DNA of 45,448 nt from Archaeoglobaceae archaeon (GTDB lineage Archaea > Halobacteriota > Archaeoglobi > Archaeoglobales > Archaeoglobaceae), in assembly GCA_046537735.1 (NCBI GenBank), contig JBKHKH010000001.1, positions 1 through 45,448 on the forward strand, in the 5' to 3' direction. The notes under the pieces were generated by a model that was given only the letters and a program-made list of their open reading frames with translations, ran no database searches and was not told where the DNA came from. The position numbers and the translations under genes are program-made. Of the stretch, positions 25,991 through 33,970 are shown piece after piece (within the stretch, counting starts at the first letter, position 1; every line of letters starts with the position of its first letter).

Positions 25991-26018
25991 AGGATTGAGG
26001 ATTGAGGATTGAGGGATA
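25991..26018. repeat. Heptamer tandem repeat (AGGATTG)x3 + AGGGATA filling the 35-bp divergent intergenic region
   Basis: Read directly: AGGATTG at 25991, 25998 and 26005, then a degenerate unit at 26012. The last unit supplies the GAGGG RBS for panE (ATG 26024). Confidence 0.8.
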
Positions 26019-26023
26019 ATATC

Positions 26024-26974
26024 ATGAACATACTGGTTTATGGAGCAGGGGCAATCGGGTCGGCCATTGGCGGCTTTCTTGCCAGCGGCGGGCACAAAGT
26101 ATCCTTTCTGGGCAGGCTCTGGCATATGGACCGGATAAATGAGACCGGGCTGTTCATTACGGGGATATGGGGAGATCATCTGGTAGAGGATATTGACACC
26201 TACACCGAGTTTACCCAAATCCCCTCAGAGTCGAATTTTGACCTTATACTTATAACTGTGAAATCCTATGATACTGAAAGGGCGGGCAAAGAGGTCAAAG
26301 ATCTAATTAAAGATAATACGCTGGTAATACATCTCCAGAATGGCCTGGGAAATGCTGAAAAGCTGTTGGATTACATTCCTGAAGATAAGCTGATCACCGG
26401 TAGAGTGATCTTCGGGGTGGAGATCGAGCCCGGGGTGGTGAAGGTTACCGTTAGCGCTGACGAGATTGTTCTGGGGACCGTTGGCAGTGTACCTGCTCCC
26501 ACCATAAAGGAAGTATCTGATATATTCAGCAGAGCTGGGTTGCCAGCCAGATTATCTACCCGCATTGACAAACACCTGTGGGCCAAAGCCCTTTACAACT
26601 GCGCCCTCAATCCGCTGGCGACCATCCTGGAGGTCCCATACGGTTTTCTGGCGGAGAACGAATTCACCACAGAGATCATGGATAAAGTAATCGAGGAGAT
26701 ATATCATGTGGGCGGTGAAATGAGCGTAGAATTTGACCATCCTACACAAGAGGAGTATAAAGAACTGTTCTACTCCCAGCTGGTCCCTGCTACAGCTGAA
26801 CACCACGCTTCCATGCTTCAGGACATTAAAAGAGGGAAATCCACGGAGATAGATGCTCTGAATGGAGCGATCTCTGCATACGGAGAAAGATATGGTGTGG
26901 ATACGCCCTACAACTCCCTGTTGACCAATTTGATAAAGGCAAAAGAAATAAAGTCGAGGTCTAAACAGACCTGA
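26024..26974 (+). CDS. panE: 2-dehydropantoate 2-reductase (ketopantoate reductase, ApbA/PanE family)
   Basis: MNILVYGAGAIGS Rossmann start, LQNGLGN, the conserved K...N...E pattern and S-MLQDIxxGKxTEIDALNG near the C-terminus. Confidence 0.87.
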   Translation: MNILVYGAGAIGSAIGGFLASGGHKVSFLGRLWHMDRINETGLFITGIWGDHLVEDIDTYTEFTQIPSESNFDLILITVKSYDTERAGKEVKDLIKDNTLVIHLQNGLGNAEKLLDYIPEDKLITGRVIFGVEIEPGVVKVTVSADEIVLGTVGSVPAPTIKEVSDIFSRAGLPARLSTRIDKHLWAKALYNCALNPLATILEVPYGFLAENEFTTEIMDKVIEEIYHVGGEMSVEFDHPTQEEYKELFYSQLVPATAEHHASMLQDIKRGKSTEIDALNGAISAYGERYGVDTPYNSLLTNLIKAKEIKSRSKQT

Positions 26975-26990
26975 ACCTGTTCAGTCTAAG

Positions 26991-27398
26991 CTAGATGTCG
27001 ATGACCACGAAGGCGTACCACCCGTCCCTCTTCTCTACCTTGAAGTTGTGGAGGGTTATGGCCTTGGGCTCCACTTTCACCAGTTGAGGATTGATGGTAT
27101 CTCCTTTGAGAACACCTTTTGCGTGGAACTCTTCTTCATCAACCTGTAAGTCCACTTCTTTTGCGGCAAAAAAATAGGTATCAAATAAAAAAAGTAATTC
27201 GTTGAGCCACTTGTGCAGGAGGTAGTCCGGACCGTCGGTGTCTATCTCTACTGTCTCTTCTCTGGTGGTTCCCAGCTCTTGTGGATATGTGAAAGCCTCA
27301 TTAAACGCATATGTAGCGTTTCTTAGCAGATCAGTGAGTGACTCTCCGTGGACCTCGAAGGCTATGTCTGCAGTGTGCTCAACAAACCTGTAACCCAT
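26991..27398 (-). CDS. Archease
   Basis: YRFVEHTADIAFEV N-terminal signature and C-terminal KAITLHNFKVEK...FVVIDI. 135 aa. Confidence 0.92.
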   Translation of the reverse strand: MGYRFVEHTADIAFEVHGESLTDLLRNATYAFNEAFTYPQELGTTREETVEIDTDGPDYLLHKWLNELLFLFDTYFFAAKEVDLQVDEEEFHAKGVLKGDTINPQLVKVEPKAITLHNFKVEKRDGWYAFVVIDI

Positions 27399-27400
27399 AA

Positions 27401-29314
27401 TCAGGAGTTGACGTCAAGTTCATTTACTTTTTCCCATGTGTTCTCATCGAAGACCACTATTTCTGCACCAATGATATACAGGTAGTCGTCCATGTAAACT
27501 GCTCTGACTGCCGGAGTGCTGACAGCCTTCTCCAGTTCCAGCTCATCCTCGTAGGAGAAGATGTAACCATTGTTGCCTGCAGGCAAGAAGAATACGCCGT
27601 GCTTCTGGTCCAGCAGGAAGGCATGATGGGTTTGCAGCACATCCGACCAGTACTCGTCCAGGATGTATTTATCCAGCTCCTCAGGATTGGATGGATTAGA
27701 CACATCGAATAGAGAGATCTTGACATCTTGATCCTCCTTACCGAGACCCAGTATCATGTCGTCGTCTATGGGGTGCAGATACGAGGAGTAACCGGGGATC
27801 TTCAGCTCTCCTTTGATCTCAGGATTTTGAGGGTCTGAGAGATCGACCACAAAGAAGGGGTCCGTTTCCTTGAAGGTCACAATATACCCTGTATCTCCTA
27901 TGAACCTCACAGCGTATATTCTCTCTTCTTCTCCGTAATCCTTGATAGAACCTACGGTATCCAACTCTTCATCCAGAACATAAAGGTCGTTGGTCGCCTC
28001 GGAGAACCTCCCTACCGTGGTGGCGATCCTCAGATGGTCGTGGTATTCGTCAAGTGAGAACTGGTTGAGGACCCTGCCCGGAACTTTGCCGCTGGCCTTC
28101 AACTCTAGATCCAGACCTATTTTGGCTATTCCCGTTTTCTCCAGATCTCTCTTATGCTCTTCTCTGTAATCGTTCATCTGGTTGTGGTAGTTGTTCCTGA
28201 ACTTTATTCTCTCTTCTTCACTGAGTGAGCTGGAGTACTGGTCCAGTATGACGTCAAGCTCCACCATTTTCGCTCTGTTGCTTATGTTGTAGTCTTTAAG
28301 CCTCTCTATTTTCTCCATGACGCTCCGGGGGAGGAGGTCATCGTTCTCCTGGAGGAAGTTATAGGTGAACTCTACCATATCCTCATAGTGCGAGTAAGTG
28401 ATGTAGATGGCGTTGGTGGACATATAGACCACAGACGAACCAGAAGTGCCCATAAATGATGTCGCTTCCTCGATTTCACCGGTTTGAGGGTTCAACTTCA
28501 TTACGTTATACGTCACATCCACGGGAGCAGGTTGAATAGGGTGGTAGATATCCTGGCACCTGATCTCCACTGGGCCTTCAGCAGTAGTTAAGGGTCTGAT
28601 GGGGCAGGGCTCATAATTGTTTATCCTGTTCTGAGTGATCAAGTATATACTCTGGTTATAGAGTCTCGCAGTCACCAGACTGCTGTCCAAGTCAATATCC
28701 CATGTCTTTTCCGTATCGGTAACGTCGTATCCGGTGATCTCGTCGTAACCTATAACTACCAGATTATTATCGCTCAAAAGGAGGTCACCGCTCTTGTCTA
28801 TCTCGTGCTTTATCTCCAGGGATTCTGGGGGGAATGCCCTGATAATTTTGGTCTCCTGTTCTCTGCAATCCGGGCACACTTCTCTTAAGAAGGGGTAGTA
28901 TCTCCACTGATGTGAGAAGTAGATGTTCTCTCCATCGGTCTTCACTATGTCGGGTTCATCTATCCCCATGACCTGTACATTGGTCTCGGAAACCCTGGAC
29001 GGAGTATTTGATGGTGTTCCAGCAGATTCACCGGTTTTTGGCGCATCTGAATCCCCTACTGGCACGGGAGCTCCCTCTTGAACTGCCATATCTAAGGTTA
29101 TCTCGCGCATGGGAGCAACTCCAAACTCCCCCCAGTATCCAGTAGAGGTCTCTGCTGACTGAAGATAGTCCCTGACGTCTTCTACTGATCCAACGGTGGT
29201 AAAATCGCTATCTTCATCTGGCTCTGGTGTCGTTGTTCCGTTTTCAGGGGTGGTTTGAATACACCCTGTAATAAAAATTGCCAGAACTATGGCCAACAGG
29301 ATCAATTTCTTCAT
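27401..29314 (-). CDS. Secreted lipoprotein with C-terminal beta-propeller domain (PF09826-like)
   Basis: Signal peptide with lipobox-like LAIFITGC, a Thr/Pro/Glu-rich linker and a long beta-rich region ending in the YLHPIDDDMILGLG...LFDVSNPSNPE...HHAFL pattern of the archaeal/Firmicute beta-propeller family. Confidence 0.78.
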   Translation of the reverse strand: MKKLILLAIVLAIFITGCIQTTPENGTTTPEPDEDSDFTTVGSVEDVRDYLQSAETSTGYWGEFGVAPMREITLDMAVQEGAPVPVGDSDAPKTGESAGTPSNTPSRVSETNVQVMGIDEPDIVKTDGENIYFSHQWRYYPFLREVCPDCREQETKIIRAFPPESLEIKHEIDKSGDLLLSDNNLVVIGYDEITGYDVTDTEKTWDIDLDSSLVTARLYNQSIYLITQNRINNYEPCPIRPLTTAEGPVEIRCQDIYHPIQPAPVDVTYNVMKLNPQTGEIEEATSFMGTSGSSVVYMSTNAIYITYSHYEDMVEFTYNFLQENDDLLPRSVMEKIERLKDYNISNRAKMVELDVILDQYSSSLSEEERIKFRNNYHNQMNDYREEHKRDLEKTGIAKIGLDLELKASGKVPGRVLNQFSLDEYHDHLRIATTVGRFSEATNDLYVLDEELDTVGSIKDYGEEERIYAVRFIGDTGYIVTFKETDPFFVVDLSDPQNPEIKGELKIPGYSSYLHPIDDDMILGLGKEDQDVKISLFDVSNPSNPEELDKYILDEYWSDVLQTHHAFLLDQKHGVFFLPAGNNGYIFSYEDELELEKAVSTPAVRAVYMDDYLYIIGAEIVVFDENTWEKVNELDVNS

Positions 29315-29438
29315 GTAATACTATATGTAAGAAACCAAGTATATAGGTATTTAATTAGTTAAATTTTATAATAATTGTTTGGAATATACGGGCAAACTAT
29401 TATACCTGACCTAAGAATGACACAAAAGGAGACCAATT

Positions 29439-29630
29439 ATGTACAGGAGAATTCTGGTGGAGTTAGTACTGGTGGTGAGTGTAGCTATAATCCTTTTATG
29501 GGTTATTCCCTGTTATACTTTTTGCTCTGCTGAAACAACGTATGTACTATCTGTTAGGATTTTCGGACTAATATTGATCGCCCTGTGGATAGTTAGGACG
29601 GCCAGACTGGCCAAGGAGCAACAGGGGTAG
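29439..29630 (+). CDS. Small two-TM membrane protein, hypothetical
   Basis: 63 aa with two hydrophobic helices. AAGGAG lies 8-10 nt upstream of the ATG. Confidence 0.4.
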   Translation: MYRRILVELVLVVSVAIILLWVIPCYTFCSAETTYVLSVRIFGLILIALWIVRTARLAKEQQG

Positions 29631-29739
29631 TACTTCAAGAAGGACGGTGATTTATAAACTATTTTAAATTAATTATAGGTCACCTCCTACTTGAGTCCGA
29701 GATAATATTTAAATAATAGGTTATCAATTTTGATTTATA

Positions 29740-30228
29740 ATGAATCATGAAGAGTATATCAATAGGTTAGATCAATGTGATGATTACTGCGACATATTCG
29801 AAATAGTCAAAGAAGTGGTGGAAAACTCTATAGGCAGGAGAAGGGCCGGACTCATCCTGGGGTTATCCGATTTACCCACTCACATTGGAGCCATGTATCA
29901 GGTAGGGTCCAACTTCATTCTGGTCAACAGGATATTGCTAAATGAGGTCAAAAGGACCAGCGATAAGGAATTGAGAAACGCTTACATCTTCCATATACTG
30001 CTTCACGAGTATATACACTCTTTAGGCCTGATCGATGAGAAAAAAACCCAATCACTCACTTATTCTATATGCAGAGAAGCCCTGGGAGAAAACCATCATT
30101 CTACCCTTATGGCTAGAGATGGAATAGGACACTATTTCTCCTTCGCTGGACTGAGAGAGCCGAACGAATTAACGGAGATTGAGCTGGTAAAGGACTTTGA
30201 AAGAGAAAACCTGGGTTATTTCGCCTGA
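29740..30228 (+). CDS. Minimal metzincin-like zinc metallopeptidase candidate
   Basis: HEYIHSLGLID matches HExxHxxGxxD, and a downstream STLMARDG could be a Met-turn. 162 aa with no signal peptide. Confidence 0.5.
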   Translation: MNHEEYINRLDQCDDYCDIFEIVKEVVENSIGRRRAGLILGLSDLPTHIGAMYQVGSNFILVNRILLNEVKRTSDKELRNAYIFHILLHEYIHSLGLIDEKKTQSLTYSICREALGENHHSTLMARDGIGHYFSFAGLREPNELTEIELVKDFERENLGYFA

Positions 30229-30389
30229 ATTACTGGACATTGAGCTTTTTAACAAATCTACTGGCTCAACAAAGAGATTCACAGTTTTTTCCCTTCCTCC
30301 ATTACATTTTTTAGAAAGAGTAATAAATTTAAGAAACCTAAATTATACTTAATACTGTACCCCCCTTGAGGGTCGTCCAAGGTGTGAAC

Positions 30390-30881
30390 ATGAGCATTAC
30401 TGGTCCTTTTGACGGTTTGACGGATAAGATAATAAAGAAAGTAGCTAAAACATTGGCCCAGGCAGAAAGGGAGTTCTATAAGGGCCTAATGGAGGACAGC
30501 GCTAAAGAAGAAAAAAGCACGGAAAAGACCTTTGATGGTCTGAAGGATTTGTGGCAAAAAAATAAAGGGGAACAGGAGTCTGAAGACTCCACGGATAATT
30601 TAAGGGTAAAGACCCGCTCCCGCTCCAAAACCCAGAATTTGGGAGGGGGTAAAGATATCCTGGTGGATATATTTGAAGACCAGGAGGTAATCACAATCGT
30701 TGCTGGTCTACCGGGTGTCGAAAAAGAGGATATAAACATATTTCTGGAAGATAGTAAGCTGAAGATCAAGGCAGGAAGGTATTTCAAAGAAATCAAATTG
30801 CCCAAGAAGGTAAAGGAAGACCCGGTGGAAACGGATTTCCGGAACGGAGTGTTGACCTTAAAATTTGAGGTAAGGGGATAG
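30390..30881 (+). CDS. Hsp20/alpha-crystallin family small heat-shock protein
   Basis: C-terminal alpha-crystallin domain VDIFEDQEVITIVAGLPGVEKEDINIFLEDSKLKIKA...DFRNGVLTLKF, with a charged low-complexity N-terminal arm. Start trimmed to ATG 30390 after GGTG. Confidence 0.83.
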   Translation: MSITGPFDGLTDKIIKKVAKTLAQAEREFYKGLMEDSAKEEKSTEKTFDGLKDLWQKNKGEQESEDSTDNLRVKTRSRSKTQNLGGGKDILVDIFEDQEVITIVAGLPGVEKEDINIFLEDSKLKIKAGRYFKEIKLPKKVKEDPVETDFRNGVLTLKFEVRG

Positions 30882-30882
30882 C

Positions 30883-31461
30883 CTAAAACTCTTTTTCAAA
30901 TCTGTCCAGTATATTGGCGAACTCGGCCAGTATGGTGCCTTTCAGAAACTCTTTTCTGGACTGGATTTCGCTGAAAATGGCGGGATGCTCTCTCCACAGA
31001 TAATGGAGGAGGTCTTCTCCTTCACCCAACTGGGTGAAGTAAAATATTATCTTTGCCAGCTCCTTCCAGGCTAAAACATAGTTTCTTATCTGGTTGAATT
31101 CTGCTAAAGTCCACTTCTCTCCTTTTTTGATACCTTTAAAAGCAACAGGTTTAACTTTGAAGGTGTTGGGCATCCTGTTCAGGTTTTTCTCTATGTCTTC
31201 GACGAGCAGATCATCTCTAAGCGGTTTGGATATTATAACATTGACGGCTTCCTCTATAACTTCTGTAAAATCTTTGTCCCTCCTTATCTTGAGATAAACA
31301 GTATAACAGTGTCTGTCATGGTAATTATAGCTGATAACCTCATATTCTCGGTCTAAGTCATTCAGAAAATCTTCATTGATCAATTGCTGGACTTCAATCT
31401 TCTTCAAATCAATTCCCACTACACAAACATCCCAATTGTTGGCTAGACCTAAATCTCTCAC
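30883..31461 (-). CDS. Hypothetical protein (192 aa), no recognisable motif
   Basis: Long clean ORF with normal composition, convergent with hsp20 (1-nt spacing of the stops). I recognise no family. Confidence 0.5.
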   Translation of the reverse strand: MRDLGLANNWDVCVVGIDLKKIEVQQLINEDFLNDLDREYEVISYNYHDRHCYTVYLKIRRDKDFTEVIEEAVNVIISKPLRDDLLVEDIEKNLNRMPNTFKVKPVAFKGIKKGEKWTLAEFNQIRNYVLAWKELAKIIFYFTQLGEGEDLLHYLWREHPAIFSEIQSRKEFLKGTILAEFANILDRFEKEF

Positions 31462-31618
31462 CTGTAAAGACCCCTCTCGATAAATCTTGTAAAAGAATAT
31501 TAGTGATAATGGTTTATAAATTTATACTTGCTACTTGCTACACGCATTCGCAGTCTTCCTGATAAGGTTATTTTAACCAGTAATGATAAATTAACAATCC
31601 AAAAATTACTTTGAAAGG

Positions 31619-32191
31619 TCACTTCCAGATTTTGCCCTGGTAATGGCCGGTAACTGGACAGCCTAGACATACCTCAGTGGTCCAGTAATCGCAATTTCCA
31701 CAATCGGATCCACATGGGGCCTCATCTGAAGTTCTCACTCTGATCTTCATGGGTACAATAGTATCTCTTTCAGATCTGACCACGATTCCCACGTCAATGT
31801 CATGCACGTCAGGATTGGGTCTGACATGCTGATCAATAATAGCTTCTAGGGTAGAAAGATCTTCACAGATGAACATTATGGTAAGATTTCTATTACCGGC
31901 AACAATAAAACCGTTCAGGAAAAATGGACATCCTTGAAAGAGCTTTAGTAAGTCCCTGGGCTGTCGGCATTTTACATCCGCTTTTAGTATATATAGGCCC
32001 GGATCCCGTATATTTATTCCATAAATATGGTTTATGATTCCCATATTCTTCATCTTCTTGATCCTGGCCCCAACAGAGGGTTGGGACAGACCGGCCATCC
32101 TGGCAATTTTATCCTGAGAAGTATCTGGGTCGTTCTCAAGTATTTCCAGTATAACTTTGTCCTTCTGGTCAAGTTCAAAAAGACCCGCCAT
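31619..32191 (-). CDS. Lrp/AsnC-type regulator with C-terminal Cys-rich extension
   Basis: HTH LDQKDKVILEILENDPDTSQDKIARMAGLSQPSVGARIKKM, an RAM-like middle domain, then CGSDCGNCDYWTTEVCLGCPVTGH (6 Cys + His). Start trimmed to ATG 32189-32191. Confidence 0.78.
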   Translation of the reverse strand: MAGLFELDQKDKVILEILENDPDTSQDKIARMAGLSQPSVGARIKKMKNMGIINHIYGINIRDPGLYILKADVKCRQPRDLLKLFQGCPFFLNGFIVAGNRNLTIMFICEDLSTLEAIIDQHVRPNPDVHDIDVGIVVRSERDTIVPMKIRVRTSDEAPCGSDCGNCDYWTTEVCLGCPVTGHYQGKIWK

Positions 32192-32309
32192 AAACTCTTT
32201 TTGAGTTGGTTTACTTAAAAAAATTAGCGGTATCAATCCAAAAATTGGGTAATATATAGATGATTAATTTTAATTCTTCCAACTGGACTGTTTGGTATGA
32301 AGGACCAAA

Positions 32310-32513
32310 TCAGGTTTTTTTCCTGGTCTTCATAACTTCTTCTAGCTTTCTTTCCAGGGGCTCTTCATTAGTGTAAGAGCACCTTAAATAGTGATCTACT
32401 GCAGTAGCGATCGCATCTTTGGTTGCATTTTCTCCAGTCTTCTTTTTCAACTCTTTAAGAGTATCCTCATTCAATACCGTCTGAGCATGAACTATTTGTG
32501 CCATTCCTAACAC
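32310..32513 (-). CDS. Small ribbon-helix-helix-like protein, hypothetical
   Basis: 67 aa. IVHAQTVLNEDTLKELKKKTGENATKDAIATAVDHYL resembles small archaeal RHH/CopG-like proteins. Sits 118 nt upstream of the AsnC-like gene (ATG at 32189-32191) on the same strand. Confidence 0.45.
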   Translation of the reverse strand: MLGMAQIVHAQTVLNEDTLKELKKKTGENATKDAIATAVDHYLRCSYTNEEPLERKLEEVMKTRKKT

Positions 32514-32780
32514 CTACATGATAATAATCAAATCAAATACTTAAAACCCTTTTATTTTCATAATGATGTAAACTTGATAATTGAAAACTATTCAAAACTT
32601 GAACCCAGTTGCTACCTTGGCAATTAGAACTTTCTTGGCAGACGAATGACGTTCACTATCGAACAATCGTGTTATCGGTTGTGAATCGATTATACCCCTG
32701 CTGCTCATCTAATTTAAAATGTAAAATAATTTATATATAGAGATAAGTATATCCCAAAATATAAACATAGGTGTGATATC

Positions 32781-33140
32781 ATGACTGAGCTGACTGACGG
32801 GGAAGAAAGAATTGTAGAACTATTATCTGGTGCTGGATTAAATAAGAATATTGCTAGAATTGTAGTTTTCTTATCTAAAGCTGGTGAAGCCATATCGAGC
32901 GAAATAGAGAGGACCACAGATTTAAGACAACCTGAAGTGAGTTTGGCAATGAAAGAGCTAAAGGGCTGGGGATGGATAAAGGAGAGAGAGCTAAAAAAGA
33001 AGGGTAAGGGCAGACCACTTAAAAGCTACAAACTTACACACGTTCTAAAAGACAGAGTGAAGGAGCTTGTAGATAAAAGGAGAAAAGAACTGAAAAGGAT
33101 TGAGGAAAACCTCAAAGAACTGGAAAAGCTCGTTGGTTAG
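32781..33140 (+). CDS. Winged-helix (ArsR-like) transcriptional regulator with C-terminal coiled coil
   Basis: ARIVVFLSKAGEAISSEIERTTDLRQPEVSLAMKELKGWGWI wHTH followed by a Lys/Glu-rich helix. Confidence 0.72.
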   Translation: MTELTDGEERIVELLSGAGLNKNIARIVVFLSKAGEAISSEIERTTDLRQPEVSLAMKELKGWGWIKERELKKKGKGRPLKSYKLTHVLKDRVKELVDKRRKELKRIEENLKELEKLVG

Positions 33141-33217
33141 TGATTACGCTTGGATAGTGGTTACAATTTATCTTATTATCGGAAATTTCTGAAATTATTT
33201 TCATTTCTTGATTGAAA

Positions 33218-33754
33218 TCAATCTCCTAGAATACTGGCCATAGCTTTCTGGTGAACCTCTAAGTCTTTATCGCCATAAAGTACAAATCTTATTCTCTTAA
33301 CATATTCCAGTTGGGACAACATTTCTTTGATGGTTTTGAATGCGATCTGAGCTGCTCTCTCAACAGGGAAGCCAAAAGCGCCAGTAGATATGGAAGGAAA
33401 GGCTATGGAATCTATTTTATTCTCTTCTCCCAGTTTGAGGGCTTCGCGGTAGCAGTTTGCCAGTAGTTCGTCTTCTGGCTTGTTTAACCCGTAAATGGGA
33501 CCCAGGCAGTGTATAACATATTTGTTGGGGAGGTTGTGTCCGCCTGTAATGACCGCCTCACCGGGTTTGATTGGTGCCAGCGGAAGGCACTCTTCTTCAA
33601 GTCCGGGACCGGCAGCCCGGTGAATAGCACCTGCAACTCCTCCCCCAATCCTGAGCTGGGCGTTTGCTGCATTTACCACTGCAGTATAACCTTCTTGGTA
33701 GGCGATATCTCCTTTGACACATTCTATCTCTGTGCCTGAAATCACCTTTTTCAT
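33218..33754 (-). CDS. Macro-domain protein (O-acetyl-ADP-ribose deacetylase / ADP-ribose binding, YmdB-like)
   Basis: VVNAANAQLRIGGGVAGAIHRAAGP, HCLGPIY and AFPSISTGAFGFP motifs. Confidence 0.9.
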   Translation of the reverse strand: MKKVISGTEIECVKGDIAYQEGYTAVVNAANAQLRIGGGVAGAIHRAAGPGLEEECLPLAPIKPGEAVITGGHNLPNKYVIHCLGPIYGLNKPEDELLANCYREALKLGEENKIDSIAFPSISTGAFGFPVERAAQIAFKTIKEMLSQLEYVKRIRFVLYGDKDLEVHQKAMASILGD

Positions 33755-33970
33755 AAGTGAAATCCGACTTCATTCGTTATTGCTTTTTCGTTGTAGCTAT
33801 GGATAATCGGGAAATAATGGATGGGGAACTTTTAAGTCATAATCATGCGACAATGGGAACACTTTATAAATGTGTTGTGATTATTATAATCATAGATAAT
33901 ATATCTAGAGAAAACGACCGATTATGCGGTTATTGGCCTGATTGGGACGTATAATTAGAATACAGCGTAA

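Noticed and set aside
32310-32513. RHH-like small protein as the antitoxin of a type II TA pair
   Set aside because: No PIN, RelE, HEPN or other toxin-sized ORF follows within coupling distance. The next gene is an Lrp/AsnC regulator 118 nt away.
33218-33754. Macro domain as the DarG-like antitoxin of a DarTG toxin-antitoxin system
   Set aside because: There is no DarT-like or other toxin ORF adjacent or overlapping. The protein is a single-domain YmdB-like macro protein rather than the longer DarG architecture.
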